A stretch of DNA of 64,000 nt from a virus (IMGVR_UViG_3300025944_000008); one strand, 5' to 3'; counted from the stretch's first letter, positions 37,517 through 48,466 are shown. Notes: generated by a model not told the origin, from the sequence alone. Numbers and translations are program-made.

Positions 37517-39823
37517 CTACGGCCCCGCGCTGACCACGATGGTTGCCCGGACGTTGTTGAGTCTCTTGTTCAGCTCGCTCTCCGGCCGATCGAGAATCGT
37601 GGAAATCTCGTAGCCAGATCCGAAGGAGCCTCTGACGAACTTCCACACGGTCTCTGCTCCTTCCTGAGAGAACTGCCCAAAGGCTATAGCAGGAAGGCTG
37701 AGCTGTGTCTGTGGGAAAGCGTAGCGGGCCGTGTCCGGGATGACGAGAGCCAGCTTGTTGTCGATGTAGAGGTAAACTCCATCTCTCGGGCGGCGCTCGA
37801 GCCGATAGGTGTGGAAGACCGTCCAGTCGACCGCAACACTCAGCTTGGACGCGGGCCCGGTCTCGCCGGCATACTCTTGGAACTGAAGAACACCTGCCGC
37901 CAGTGGAACACAGACGAACCGTCCCTCGGCAGTCTCGACGAACGAGAGCATGTACGCCTTGATACTGTCATCCAGGATGACGTACGCCCCAGTCCGCTCG
38001 AGCTCGTGCCACGCATCGACCTTCATGCCCACTTCGACAACGCCACCTCTGTTCACGTCGATGAAAGCGGCGCGGGTATAGTAGAGCAGGGCTCCACCGG
38101 CGCAGATAATGTGAAGGCCGTCCGCCTCGAGCAAAGCCGTACCAGATCCACCACCTCCACCCCCGGAGGTGTAAGGCAGCGGGAGAACTCCAGGCATCAC
38201 AGCCTCATTCAGCGGTCCCCCAGCCGTCCCGGACGAGCTCTGAGCGAACGCCGGATTTGCCCCCGTAGGCAGAACTATGTCTCGCACTTCCCAGGCTTGG
38301 TAGATGTACGAGTACTTCAGGCTGTAGAGGTCGAACGCCCCAACAGCCTGCGTAGTGGTAATGGGCAGTCCAACAGCGATCTGCGTCGTAGCTGCCGAGG
38401 GCAGTTGCATTCGATCAAGAGGCCACGTGACGAGAGGGGTCGTCAAATCCGCGGCATCGAACAGGTCGATGAGACCTCGCCTTGGATCGATGACGAGCCG
38501 TAGCGTTCTGAGGGTGTAGTCGATCGGCGTGGTCGAGAGGAAGTGATCCGCCGGCGTGCTCGGATTACCTCCGTTCTTCAAGAGTCCGATATTGTGGGTC
38601 GCCCCGTCGAACAAGAAGTCGAGCTCGAACAAGCTTGTGCCGTCCGAGATCTGGATTGCCGCTCCAGTCTCAAAACCAACCCCACCACTCGTCGACGTAG
38701 CACACTTGAATTCCAGCAGAATTCCGTCCGTCGCCGTTCTTGCGAATCCGGGGTCGCTCCTGAAGATGCTGAAGTTCTTCGCAGGAGTGTTCTTCAGCAG
38801 CCTGCAGTACCCGCCTGCCGATGGGATGATTTGACCCGCCGCGTCGAGGTTGCTTGTTGCCTTGAACCACGCCCCACCTCTCGGCTGCCTCGTAGGATTG
38901 ACGGTACCAGAGAACCCGACGCTGATGTCCGTGTCGAGGTACGTCTTCCAGCCGCCTGTACGCCCGCCATTGATGAAGGGGAACCCGGCATCGGTACCAA
39001 CCGCCACGCCGGCGATGCCAGCCGACGTTCCTGAGCTCCCCTCCACTCCGTAGATGCCAGTGATGTCGTTCGCCCCACCCGCCGGGACGGAAACTCCTGA
39101 GAACGGCTGGAACTGGTCGATGGGAATTGCGGCAAGCTGCGTCGTTGTCCCGATGCCGCCCGCACCTGCCGTGTTGTCGACCCAGACCTCGACTTGCTTC
39201 TTCGCCTCGTTCCAGAAGATGACGTACTGGTTCTCTGGGTTGGTACTCCAGTCGTACGTCACCGACGTATCCGGGGCCCGCACTCCAAGAGTGGAGGGGC
39301 CGCAGATGCGGATCTTCTTGGTGACGCCGTCATCCGTGAAGAAGCAGTAGACCGCTGTGTTTCTCGGACCGTGCTCGAGGCCGATCACCGGACCGATCGG
39401 GTCGCTCGGGGCATAGGTGCTGGCTGTGATGACGTGGAAGACGGAGGTGAAGACAGCACTCATATCGAGTGCGTCGCCGCGGTCAAGAGAGGTGAAGTAG
39501 ACCGAGGCGCCCGGCTGCCCGCTTGTCTTGGTGACCTGGACCTCTGACCCAACTGTGGCGATGGTTGTGTTGGCTGGGAACTGGCCGGGATTGAAGATCG
39601 ATCCCAGCTTGGTCCGCGGCAGTTGAAGATCGAAAGTGCCGCCGGTACCAAGAGCGTGCGCCCGGGAGTAGCCGACATCGACTTGAATGTCGGTGATGTC
39701 GACAAACGAAGAGTCGTCTCGAAGAGAGACCTGGATCGGGTCCGTCGCCTTCACCCCTACTGGGTCACCGGCGGCAGAAGGAGCTGCACCGCCTCGAGAA
39801 GGATTGCTGATGAAGAGGGTCAC
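37517..39823 (-). CDS. Virion structural protein, 768 aa
   Basis: Long ORF; fibre-like Gly/Thr composition. Confidence 0.65.
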   Translation of the reverse strand: MTLFISNPSRGGAAPSAAGDPVGVKATDPIQVSLRDDSSFVDITDIQVDVGYSRAHALGTGGTFDLQLPRTKLGSIFNPGQFPANTTIATVGSEVQVTKTSGQPGASVYFTSLDRGDALDMSAVFTSVFHVITASTYAPSDPIGPVIGLEHGPRNTAVYCFFTDDGVTKKIRICGPSTLGVRAPDTSVTYDWSTNPENQYVIFWNEAKKQVEVWVDNTAGAGGIGTTTQLAAIPIDQFQPFSGVSVPAGGANDITGIYGVEGSSGTSAGIAGVAVGTDAGFPFINGGRTGGWKTYLDTDISVGFSGTVNPTRQPRGGAWFKATSNLDAAGQIIPSAGGYCRLLKNTPAKNFSIFRSDPGFARTATDGILLEFKCATSTSGGVGFETGAAIQISDGTSLFELDFLFDGATHNIGLLKNGGNPSTPADHFLSTTPIDYTLRTLRLVIDPRRGLIDLFDAADLTTPLVTWPLDRMQLPSAATTQIAVGLPITTTQAVGAFDLYSLKYSYIYQAWEVRDIVLPTGANPAFAQSSSGTAGGPLNEAVMPGVLPLPYTSGGGGGGSGTALLEADGLHIICAGGALLYYTRAAFIDVNRGGVVEVGMKVDAWHELERTGAYVILDDSIKAYMLSFVETAEGRFVCVPLAAGVLQFQEYAGETGPASKLSVAVDWTVFHTYRLERRPRDGVYLYIDNKLALVIPDTARYAFPQTQLSLPAIAFGQFSQEGAETVWKFVRGSFGSGYEISTILDRPESELNKRLNNVRATIVVSAGP

Positions 39824-39874
39824 CGCGGTCTATCTCCTTCATCGAGTATGTACTTGCTGTGGTAGTCTACCGAC

Positions 39875-40174
39875 GTGGACAAGCGCCGGTCAACAATGGT
39901 GTTCCAGGAGATGAAGCCCGAGGATGTCCGCAAGGCATTGGAGGGACACAAGAACATCTTGCAGCCAGCCCTCGAAGAGCACCAGAGGTTCTTCAAGAGC
40001 CTCTCCTGCTATCGCTGCGGGAGTGAGGTCATGCCGATCGTGAACACTCGACAGCTCTTCCGCGGCAACGCCATACTGCCCAATTTTTTAGCTAAGTGCC
40101 GCACTTGCGGGTGCGAGTTCGAGCCCAACACGAAGATTGAAGTGAAGGGGCCGGATCAGCCCCTTGGCACTTAG
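39875..40174 (+). CDS. Zinc-ribbon protein (CYRCG…CRTCGC), about 92-99 aa, encoded opposite to the surrounding late operon
   Basis: Fills the 347-nt gap between two minus-strand genes and has G/C-rich third positions. GTG at 39875 or ATG at 39896; no SD at either, so possibly leaderless. Stop overlaps the stop of the convergent 1569-aa gene. Confidence 0.45.
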   Translation: MDKRRSTMVFQEMKPEDVRKALEGHKNILQPALEEHQRFFKSLSCYRCGSEVMPIVNTRQLFRGNAILPNFLAKCRTCGCEFEPNTKIEVKGPDQPLGT

Positions 40175-43100
40175 GTCCTTGTCAAAAACACCTGCTCACC
40201 GTCCGGCCTCGGCTGCGTGTTCGACGTATCTGGCCCGGCGATGAAGTACGTCTGAGCGTATGTCCCGTTGAAGATAGGGACGTCTCCAGCGCCAATCGCA
40301 TTCTTGGACCGAAGACCACGGATCTTCCTATCGATGTCGTGAACGAGCGCGATGAGCGTGAGAGGTAGAGTCACCTTCGTCGCCCCACGACGAACAGCGA
40401 TGTTCTCGACCTGGCTTGCCACTAACTGATTGACCGACGGCGGAACCGTATTGATGTAGTTGATGAGATCCTTCGCCACAACGCTCGTGTCGCTACCGCC
40501 CACGTAGGCCACATCGAGGAAGACGTACGCTGGCAAGAAATGGCGGATGAGGTAGTTCGCCACCACGACGCGATCCAGAGGCGAGTTGAAGAACCTCTGC
40601 AGTTCCTCTGCAAGCGGCGCATTGTCGTAGGTGATCTGAATCGTCTGCCCTGCCAGGTCGATTTCATTGACGATTCCAGGCGTCGAGCCGACCGGCAAGA
40701 TTGACGGCGGGATGACGATCGAGACCTGCTCTTGGTCGGAGAATGTGAAGATGCTGTTGTCCACCACGAGCTGGTAACCATCGATCTTGGCGTTCTCCTT
40801 GATGCCGAGCGCCGTGTCCTCGGCGATGTTCATCTCAGACTGCGGCCCGTACCCAACCGCCGGTAGATCGACGAAGTAGAGAGCCCCCTCTCGCTGCAGA
40901 GCCATCGCCGTCGAGGAGATCTTGTGGATGCCTTGGCGCAGCACTCGATAAGGAGACCAATGCTCATAGAACGACTGGTTTGTGAGGCCTAGGAAGTTAC
41001 CCGAGCTGCTGATGGGACTATCCGCGCCAGTCTTGTCTTTCAGCTTGATCTGCTCAGAGCTGGCCGTGTAATTCGGGTCCGACGGCAATAGGTCCGGGAT
41101 GTGATCGATGAGCGGGTTTCCCGACGACCAAGGAATGTTCACAAACCGAGTCTGCGGAACCGAATCGTAGAGACGGCAGCGAACGTACTGATTGGAGAGG
41201 GCCGTCCCTCCGCCAGAGGTCGACGTAGGCGTAGCATCGGGCGCACTGTGGAGAATCCAGAAGACCTGAGCCGTGCTCGGATAGGCTGTCGCTGGCGACG
41301 TGGACGCGTCGGGAAACGCAGGTGAGCGGTCCAAGACCACGTAGTCGCCGTTGATATCCGACTGCTGATCGATGACCAAGAAGGTTCCGAGGTAGGCCAC
41401 GTCGTCCCCGAACTCTTCGACAGTCGTATTAGCCACCGCGTAGATGGACACCCAGTCGACGTTCGGTGATGCGGCCGATGCAAACGACGGGTGGTAGAGG
41501 CGCGCTTGCGAAGAGATGACTCGGGTCGTTCCAGTGCTGAAGTCGCTCGGCATTGCCGGTCGCGCCGTTGGCGATAGATCGAGGCTGCCCGGCACGCCCG
41601 CCGTCGAGTGCGTCATCGTCTTGTCGATGCGGAACTGCACCACCGGCCGATCGGGATTGGCACCGCTGCCGTCGAGCTCGTCGGTGATCACCTCGGTGAT
41701 GTTGTAGGCGCCGATGTCGGGACCGCTATCGATGAAGAAGAGCTGCCCCGGTTGAATGAACGTCAGGTGTCCAGGAACGGCTGGCAAGAGGACCGTGATG
41801 ACATTTGAGCCAGCCTGCGTCACGCAGACCCAGCTCGATTGCATCTGGTCTCGAGCCGGGAAGTCATTGATGGCCGGGTAGTACTCGTACTCGTCTCCGT
41901 CTTCGACGCCTCTCTTGATGTAAGCCGAGCCGGTCGTGATGAAGGCGTTGGCGTCCGGCGAGCCTCCGTTCACAAACCAGCGCTCAGAGGTGTTCCGGCT
42001 CCACTGAGACGGAGGTGTCTGAGTCTCCGACTCCGGCAACACTTGAGCGTCCGGCAGAACTGGGTCCAGCCGGAAGACACGACTCGGCTGCAGAAGATCG
42101 ACGAAGCGGGTCGGATTGATGCCAGACCGGAACTCAGCAGAGACAGGTTCCTGGAAGTAGACACGCAGTGTGCCTCTGGCGGACGGTCCGACGGAGTAGC
42201 CCGTAAAGGACAAGCTCTTCGTCAGTGCGTTGAGATCGCCATTCGAAATGGTGATCGACAACGCCGTCATCACCGCCTGCAGACGACCCTGCAGCAGACT
42301 CCAGAACCCGCTTCCATTGAAGAAGTCCGTTGAGTACTGAATCGTCTTCAAAAGATCGGTACCGGTGATGGCACTTCCCGGCGTCACTGCGGCGATGAGA
42401 TTCATCATCGTCTTGACCGGATCGACGGGGAACGGAGGGTCGACCTGCACGACCGCGATCTTCTGGTGGCCGGCGTCTGTCACCGACCACATGTCGAGGA
42501 CGCGGAGATCGGTGATGAGGTACGAGCCCTGATTCGGCCCATCGAGGATGGTCAGCGAGTCTCCGATCTTCGCCTCTGCAACATCACTCGTTCGGTTGTC
42601 TCCACCCGGGAAAGCGGTGAAGTTCGGGTCCTTCCTCGTTGTGAACGCCAGCAGCTTGTTGCGATTCCCATCGTAGAGGAACGGAGGGATGTTCACCTCG
42701 TTCTGCGTGATGGGGTTGCCACCGTTCTGGGTCGTGATGGGTCGGTAGAAACCGTCGAAGCTCTGGATCTCCTGAGAGTAGCGAGCGTCGTGATTCGCCC
42801 CTGGCGTGACACCAGTGTTCGAGAGCGGCCACAAACCGGTCGCATCCGGGAAGATGAAGATCTGGCTGTCGAGGACCCGCACCTCGTTCGCAGCACCCTG
42901 GAAGTCGCAGGTCGGTCGAATATCGACCGCGTCACCGTACGGGACGGTGATGCCCGTGCCTTGGTTGGTCGAGTCGAGGATCTCGATCCCCTTGATGCGC
43001 ACCAAGGGCAATGTGAGGCCCGGCGACGGCGTGAACACCTCGTAGCGGAGGTTCGCTGTCGAGGCGCCGGCTGCGCGGTCGACGATGGGGCCCTGCCCGC

Positions 43101-44880
43101 CCAGCACCGTGTCGAACCCGGTGATGGCGAAGTCCCCCGCATCTGGTCCATCCAACACACGGATGGTATCGCCCACCACTGCCCCGAACGACTGGATGTT
43201 GATGGTCGTCAGTCGGAAGAGCTTCGAACCGACGGTCGTGCTCAAGTCCGAGACAGAGCCGGTATCGAACGGGAGCTTGGGAATCTTCGGCTCGACCAGG
43301 TCGATGTGGATGTTCCGAACGATTCGGGCGCGAAGCTGTGTCTGGGTCTGCGTGAAGAGCGTATCCAGACGAAGGCTGAACTCGTCGGGATCGTTGATCG
43401 CCAGGACTCGGTAGGAGCCGGCCAAGGCAGACGTCTCGATGATGACGATGTCTCCTACTTGGACGCCAGCCTGGACGAAGTCGATGGGAGACGTTCCACC
43501 GCTGAACGCGATGTTGGTTGGGCTACCAGTCGAGCCGTTGATGCGGAAGTTCGAAGCCGCGTTGCCAGCGATCGCCAAGACAGGACTGTCGTCGGTGATG
43601 TTGGGGAGGCTGTCCTGAAGCGTCGTATCGCTGTTGGGGCGAACGAAGACGTCCGTGTGACCGCCAAGATGGACGGTGCCATCAGCGACCTGAACGTTGG
43701 AGGCAATGCCTCCCGGCACTTCCGAGATGGTGATGAAGCCGCTCTTGAAAAGCGCGAACGAGCCGCTGCTTGGGGCAGTCACCGGCAGAGTCGTATCCAG
43801 AATGAGGATGTACTCTGTCGATGCCGCCAGCGTCGTGGCCGGCACCACCACTGAGATGTGCGCTTCGTAGACCGTGCTACCAGAGCTCGGCTTGAAGCGA
43901 ACGAGATCTCCCGCTTGGATGACGATATCGCCGTTTGGTCCACCATCTCGATAAATGAGGTTCGAGATGATGAGCCACTCACCGTAGTAGGTCGCACTGC
44001 CTGCGAGATGGAGGAAGCCCTCACTCGTGCCCTTGAGGATGTCCCGGTCCATTCCCGGGTCGCCGGCACCGATGATGCTGAGCGCCCGAACCGACGTGAA
44101 GAGGTCGGGAATGCGAGCCTCGATACCACGCTGGGTGACGAGGGAGCGCTCGGTGAGGGCCTGCGGAATGCGCCCGAGGTAGGTGGCGTTGTCTTCGCGA
44201 GGATTTCCGTCCGTGAACGCGGAGAGGTTCGAGACCTTCACCACGCCGGGCACGTCGTCGATGTTGGCGATCGCACCGACAGCAACGTTGTACTGGTCGC
44301 CGGGATTCTCTGCCTGGACGGTGATGTCCATGAAGTAGAGGTTGCCCTGACGATTGAAGAGCATCTGCGCGGTGGTGATCTTGAAGTTCTCGACCGGGAA
44401 GAAGTTGAGACCCGTGTTCGTGTAGATCTTCTTGTCGGTCGTGACGTTCACCGTCACGGGGGCGGCGAAGTAGAGGCGCACCAAACCGCCGGAGAAGTCA
44501 CCCGCCTCACGGGGCTCGAAGAAGTTCGCACCGAGGGCATCTGCCTCGGAGTCAGCCATCAGCTCGGCATTCACCACCGACTGGTTGGTCTTGACCGTCT
44601 GGATTTCCCTCTTGAAGGGCTCCAGGAACATCTGCATCGGGTTAGTGATGAGATCTTCGAGCTGCCCGCCATTGTCTGCCGCCAGAGCTGGGAACTCTTG
44701 GAGGAGGCGATCACGCAGGAAGGTCGGGATATCCGTCGCAAACGGGTCGGCAGCAAACCTATCGAGGATGGGCTGCACGATCTGGGTCTCCGCCGGCGAG
44801 CCGGGAGAGAGGTCGATCGTCGGATCATACGACGTGAGGAGGTTCTCGACGAAGTTCTTCAGATCGTCCGAGGACGCCAT
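40171..44880 (-). CDS. Very large virion structural protein, 1569 aa
   Basis: Long ORF in the late operon. Confidence 0.7.
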   Translation of the reverse strand: MASSDDLKNFVENLLTSYDPTIDLSPGSPAETQIVQPILDRFAADPFATDIPTFLRDRLLQEFPALAADNGGQLEDLITNPMQMFLEPFKREIQTVKTNQSVVNAELMADSEADALGANFFEPREAGDFSGGLVRLYFAAPVTVNVTTDKKIYTNTGLNFFPVENFKITTAQMLFNRQGNLYFMDITVQAENPGDQYNVAVGAIANIDDVPGVVKVSNLSAFTDGNPREDNATYLGRIPQALTERSLVTQRGIEARIPDLFTSVRALSIIGAGDPGMDRDILKGTSEGFLHLAGSATYYGEWLIISNLIYRDGGPNGDIVIQAGDLVRFKPSSGSTVYEAHISVVVPATTLAASTEYILILDTTLPVTAPSSGSFALFKSGFITISEVPGGIASNVQVADGTVHLGGHTDVFVRPNSDTTLQDSLPNITDDSPVLAIAGNAASNFRINGSTGSPTNIAFSGGTSPIDFVQAGVQVGDIVIIETSALAGSYRVLAINDPDEFSLRLDTLFTQTQTQLRARIVRNIHIDLVEPKIPKLPFDTGSVSDLSTTVGSKLFRLTTINIQSFGAVVGDTIRVLDGPDAGDFAITGFDTVLGGQGPIVDRAAGASTANLRYEVFTPSPGLTLPLVRIKGIEILDSTNQGTGITVPYGDAVDIRPTCDFQGAANEVRVLDSQIFIFPDATGLWPLSNTGVTPGANHDARYSQEIQSFDGFYRPITTQNGGNPITQNEVNIPPFLYDGNRNKLLAFTTRKDPNFTAFPGGDNRTSDVAEAKIGDSLTILDGPNQGSYLITDLRVLDMWSVTDAGHQKIAVVQVDPPFPVDPVKTMMNLIAAVTPGSAITGTDLLKTIQYSTDFFNGSGFWSLLQGRLQAVMTALSITISNGDLNALTKSLSFTGYSVGPSARGTLRVYFQEPVSAEFRSGINPTRFVDLLQPSRVFRLDPVLPDAQVLPESETQTPPSQWSRNTSERWFVNGGSPDANAFITTGSAYIKRGVEDGDEYEYYPAINDFPARDQMQSSWVCVTQAGSNVITVLLPAVPGHLTFIQPGQLFFIDSGPDIGAYNITEVITDELDGSGANPDRPVVQFRIDKTMTHSTAGVPGSLDLSPTARPAMPSDFSTGTTRVISSQARLYHPSFASAASPNVDWVSIYAVANTTVEEFGDDVAYLGTFLVIDQQSDINGDYVVLDRSPAFPDASTSPATAYPSTAQVFWILHSAPDATPTSTSGGGTALSNQYVRCRLYDSVPQTRFVNIPWSSGNPLIDHIPDLLPSDPNYTASSEQIKLKDKTGADSPISSSGNFLGLTNQSFYEHWSPYRVLRQGIHKISSTAMALQREGALYFVDLPAVGYGPQSEMNIAEDTALGIKENAKIDGYQLVVDNSIFTFSDQEQVSIVIPPSILPVGSTPGIVNEIDLAGQTIQITYDNAPLAEELQRFFNSPLDRVVVANYLIRHFLPAYVFLDVAYVGGSDTSVVAKDLINYINTVPPSVNQLVASQVENIAVRRGATKVTLPLTLIALVHDIDRKIRGLRSKNAIGAGDVPIFNGTYAQTYFIAGPDTSNTQPRPDGEQVFLTRT

Positions 44881-44888
44881 CGGTTCTC

Positions 44889-45542
44889 CTAGAAAGTCAG
44901 ATTCGTGACAGCCTGCTGCCCAGACTGTGCCGTGATGCCGACCCGCATAGCAAGGGTCGTCGAGTTGGTGTCGTATCCTACGTTGAGCACGTCTGCGCTG
45001 AGGAGTCTCTCGTCAGGCGGAATGCGAGGAACCTGGTTCTGAAGAGAGATGACCTGGTCCCTGGTGCGGGCGATGGCAGAAACGGCCAGCGAAGACAGGG
45101 AGGTCTGGGAGTTGACCACGACGTTCTGCCCAGCCAACGCCATGAGTCCACCTCCCAGCGTGGGGCGGAACTTGTCCTTCCCTGGTGTCTGCAGGGCCAG
45201 CTTGGTGAACATCTGCACAAGCCGCTCGATGCCGCTGAGGCCTTTGATGCTTCGCCCCACTTCGAAGAGGAAGACGCTGCTTCTCGTGGGAGAGGGTTTC
45301 TCGGCGAAGACTCCAATCGTACTGATGATGGAGTTCTGCTGACCGTTCGGGATCTGGGCCAGCAGGCGAGTGTCCGAAAGCACCATGAACTCCGGCGCCT
45401 CGATTTGGTTGATCTCGACGCTCGTCGCCTGGAGGAACTCGAGACCCTGAATGTCCAGCGTCTTCGGAAAGAAGTTCGGCACGACCTGGACCATCGTGAT
45501 CTTGAGGATGTCCTTGATGGCGATGATCTTGATGTCCGTCAT
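44889..45542 (-). CDS. Virion structural protein, 217 aa
   Basis: ORF with RBS; late operon. Confidence 0.5.
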   Translation of the reverse strand: MTDIKIIAIKDILKITMVQVVPNFFPKTLDIQGLEFLQATSVEINQIEAPEFMVLSDTRLLAQIPNGQQNSIISTIGVFAEKPSPTRSSVFLFEVGRSIKGLSGIERLVQMFTKLALQTPGKDKFRPTLGGGLMALAGQNVVVNSQTSLSSLAVSAIARTRDQVISLQNQVPRIPPDERLLSADVLNVGYDTNSTTLAMRVGITAQSGQQAVTNLTF

Positions 45543-45892
45543 CCCGACTGACCTTTCTGATCGGCGGCCTCAGCCAGCTTCTTGGCGTCGTCGAATGCAT
45601 CACTGAACGCCTGTTGCAGAGATGCAAGAGCTTCGAGCTGGGTTGGGCGCGTTCCTACGGCCAGAGAGTCCTCTCCGCTCGCATCGCGGAGAAGCCGATC
45701 GTCACCCTTGATTTGCCGCTTCGCCTCGTCGATGTAGTGGTCCAAGGTGAAGCTGGCGAAGGTTGTATTGATCTCCCTCGAACGGACGAACGTGTAGGTA
45801 TCGGCAATTGCCTGCCGAATTTGGTCCGACTTTGAGAGCTCGTCGTTCGACTGCTCGACAGTCTCGTTCGGTAGGAGGTCTTCCGACGCCAT
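45539..45892 (-). CDS. Hypothetical acidic protein, 117 aa
   Basis: ATGA coupling to the downstream gene. Confidence 0.45.
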   Translation of the reverse strand: MASEDLLPNETVEQSNDELSKSDQIRQAIADTYTFVRSREINTTFASFTLDHYIDEAKRQIKGDDRLLRDASGEDSLAVGTRPTQLEALASLQQAFSDAFDDAKKLAEAADQKGQSG

Positions 45893-45904
45893 GGCGACCC
45901 TATA

Positions 45905-48100
45905 CTACGGCACTTCTTTGTTGGTCAGAATACTTGTGGGATTGGCGCCCGCCAAGAGGTTGCCATCCGGGAGGTATTCCTCGACCGTGCTCGTCGGCAG
46001 GTCTGTCGTCACCACAGTCTCCATGGACTTCATGAAGCGGGTGCTCTTTGAGGCGTCCTCAGATGTGAGGCCGAAGAAGTCAGAGAAGAGGCACTGGGTT
46101 AGCAGGTCCTGAGCCCGGTCGAGACCTCGCTCCTCGAGCGTCTTCAGGATGCTTTGCGCCGTCGCATCTGCTGGCTCTTGGGCCTCCGAGATGACGATCG
46201 AGGAGAGCTGCGTGAACAGGTTGCTGAGGCGGGTCTTGATGACCTGGAACGCTCTCAGCGCGTCGTTGACCTGCGCCAGGCTCGGCGTCGTGAGCAGTGG
46301 GGAAAGAAGACCCTGAAGAGGGAGCAAGTCGTTGTTGAACTGGCCATTGAACGAGCTCATGACCGTCGTGGATGTCTGCGCCGCGGCAACCACAGGAGCC
46401 ACGACTCGAACCGCACTCTTTGTCAGAGGCAGCAGAAGACTCGGGTTGAAAAGGATACGAGTACCATCGATCGCCACCACCGTCTGAATGAAGGCACTTG
46501 CGTGGACGATGCTTCCAACAAGAACTCCCAATGCCGCCGGGTCCTGCACCGCTCCCGTCGCATCGGTGATCTGCATCGCCAGAGGTACGGCGATGGCACT
46601 CGTAAAGCCGAAGTCGGTCAGAACGGGGTTGTTGACGACGAGCTTGGACACATTCGGGATCGTCGACCCACTCGTGATCTCGATTTGGTTGGTGAGCGTC
46701 CTGTCGACTGAGATGTTGAAAGTGGGGGTGTAGTTCGTCTTGATGAAGCGAGTCAGGAAGTCCAGATCGAACGAGTCGATTGGAGTACTGACCTGGTCTG
46801 GAGCGAAGCCCAAGATCTCATGCGCCGACGGCCCGTCCGGCGTGAAGATGTTGGTGGTCGCATCGAAGGTCCCCGGCCCAGCGCCTCGAACACGAACGCT
46901 CGTGTCCGTGTTGCTTCCGAAGATGATGATCGCATGGTCGGAGTGGAAGAAGTCCCCCGCAGTGGGGCCGGTGATTCCAAAGACGGCATTGATGTCGGCG
47001 ATGACAGCCGTCCAGGCCTGGGTGGGTCCCGACGTGATGGGTATGGCGTAGTGCGTTATGCCGTCCGACCCTGGTGACGGGCCAGGCGTAACCTCGACGT
47101 AGAGCTTCAGACCGGCAGGGATGTTGAAGCTCGCCTGCGCCAGGCTGTTGCAGACGAACGGGCACCCCGACTTGCTTGCCCCTGGTATCTCGTAGGACTG
47201 CGCTGAGATGCCGTCAGCGCCCATGGAGGTGCTGTGGGGGTGGGAGGCGACCGTGCTGAGGTCTGGCGAGCCCACAGAGCTCAGGGTGAAGGCACTGGTG
47301 GGCTCCGGGCCGATGAAGAGGCCCTGGGACAGTGGGATCGTGTCGTCGTAGACCTTCTTGGTGTTGGAGATCGACTGCAGCGAGGCGTTGCCTGCCATCA
47401 GCTCGAGTGCGGCGACCGTATTGGACATGCCGCCGCTCGTCATTCCGGCCTGAATCTGCTGCAGAGAGGTTCGAACGCGAGCGATGGTCTGGGTATGCAC
47501 CACTCTCGACAAGTCGATGCCGTTGTAGCTTGCGATCGCGCCAGACAGCGTTGCCAGCCGGCTGATGAAGAGCTGGTGCGTCTGCGTGAAGAGGCCGAGG
47601 GCGTTGAAGAGGTCCTGCTTCGCCTCCGTCCCTGATCTGTTGAAGTCGGTCGACGGGTTCCTCTTCAGCAGCGGAGCAAGCTGGTTGTTGAGGAAATTGT
47701 TGATTGAATTCTGGTAGCGAGTGTAGGCCTGCAGATTCGTGTCGATGCGCCCGATACGATCGAGCTCGACTAGAGCTGTCTGTGCATCGATGAGGTCGGC
47801 AGTGCTCGACGGAAGACCATCTGGGTTCTGGGTCTCGCCGATCGCAGCCGTGATGTAGTCGATGAGCTCGATATCGGACGTAATGAGCTGCTGCAGCGTA
47901 TTCTTGGCGTTCAAGAAGATCGACAGAATAGCCTGCGGATTCAGGAGCAGCGCAATAGCGATCGACTCGAGAACGGCCTGATTCTCAGTCGCCGTGTCTG
48001 CGTCGGAGTTGAGTCTGGTACCAGTGGTCTGTCGAGAGAGGTACTTGCCGACGACCGATGCCGTGTCGATGCTAGTCGCCATCCTCACCCTCTTCATCAC
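45905..48100 (-). CDS. Virion structural protein, 731 aa (helical N-terminal third, beta-rich remainder)
   Basis: Long ORF; late operon. Confidence 0.65.
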   Translation of the reverse strand: MMKRVRMATSIDTASVVGKYLSRQTTGTRLNSDADTATENQAVLESIAIALLLNPQAILSIFLNAKNTLQQLITSDIELIDYITAAIGETQNPDGLPSSTADLIDAQTALVELDRIGRIDTNLQAYTRYQNSINNFLNNQLAPLLKRNPSTDFNRSGTEAKQDLFNALGLFTQTHQLFISRLATLSGAIASYNGIDLSRVVHTQTIARVRTSLQQIQAGMTSGGMSNTVAALELMAGNASLQSISNTKKVYDDTIPLSQGLFIGPEPTSAFTLSSVGSPDLSTVASHPHSTSMGADGISAQSYEIPGASKSGCPFVCNSLAQASFNIPAGLKLYVEVTPGPSPGSDGITHYAIPITSGPTQAWTAVIADINAVFGITGPTAGDFFHSDHAIIIFGSNTDTSVRVRGAGPGTFDATTNIFTPDGPSAHEILGFAPDQVSTPIDSFDLDFLTRFIKTNYTPTFNISVDRTLTNQIEITSGSTIPNVSKLVVNNPVLTDFGFTSAIAVPLAMQITDATGAVQDPAALGVLVGSIVHASAFIQTVVAIDGTRILFNPSLLLPLTKSAVRVVAPVVAAAQTSTTVMSSFNGQFNNDLLPLQGLLSPLLTTPSLAQVNDALRAFQVIKTRLSNLFTQLSSIVISEAQEPADATAQSILKTLEERGLDRAQDLLTQCLFSDFFGLTSEDASKSTRFMKSMETVVTTDLPTSTVEEYLPDGNLLAGANPTSILTNKEVP

Positions 48101-48466
48101 GAGAAGACGAAGAGCCGAGGACAGCCAAGAAGGCCTTCGTCGAATCTCTACTGCCGGTCCGCTCCAGGAACTCCATCTTCTTGACCTGTTCTCTCGTCAC
48201 TCGTCTTGAGAATGCCCGCACGAGCTCAACATTGATGTCGAGGGCGTGGCAGATGTTCTCGAGGCTATTGACGAGGCGGGACGGATCGAAGAGCCAACGC
48301 TCGGCGTCCAGCGCGAACTTGCGGAGCTTCAGATCGCGGTGGCTCTTGTAGAGAGCAAAATCGAACGCCGCTCTGATGATGACTTTGATCCAGAGAAGGC
48401 GGACCGGAGCATAGCGCTCTGGAGGCGGAGACGGGAGGCTGGCCGCCAGGCGCTTGACGTAGTCGA
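48072..48466 (-). CDS. ATG-less coding segment (about 131 codons) in the -1 frame relative to the upstream 313-aa gene; candidate frameshift extension or non-AUG-initiated gene
   Basis: Protein-like translation (…DYVKRLAASLPSPPPERYAPVRLLWIKVIIRAAFDFALYKSHRDLKLRKFALDAERW…EEGEDGD). Open in the -1 frame far upstream. No in-frame ATG/GTG/TTG before the last 34 codons. Fills the gap between the 313-aa gene stop and the 731-aa gene start. Confidence 0.35.
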
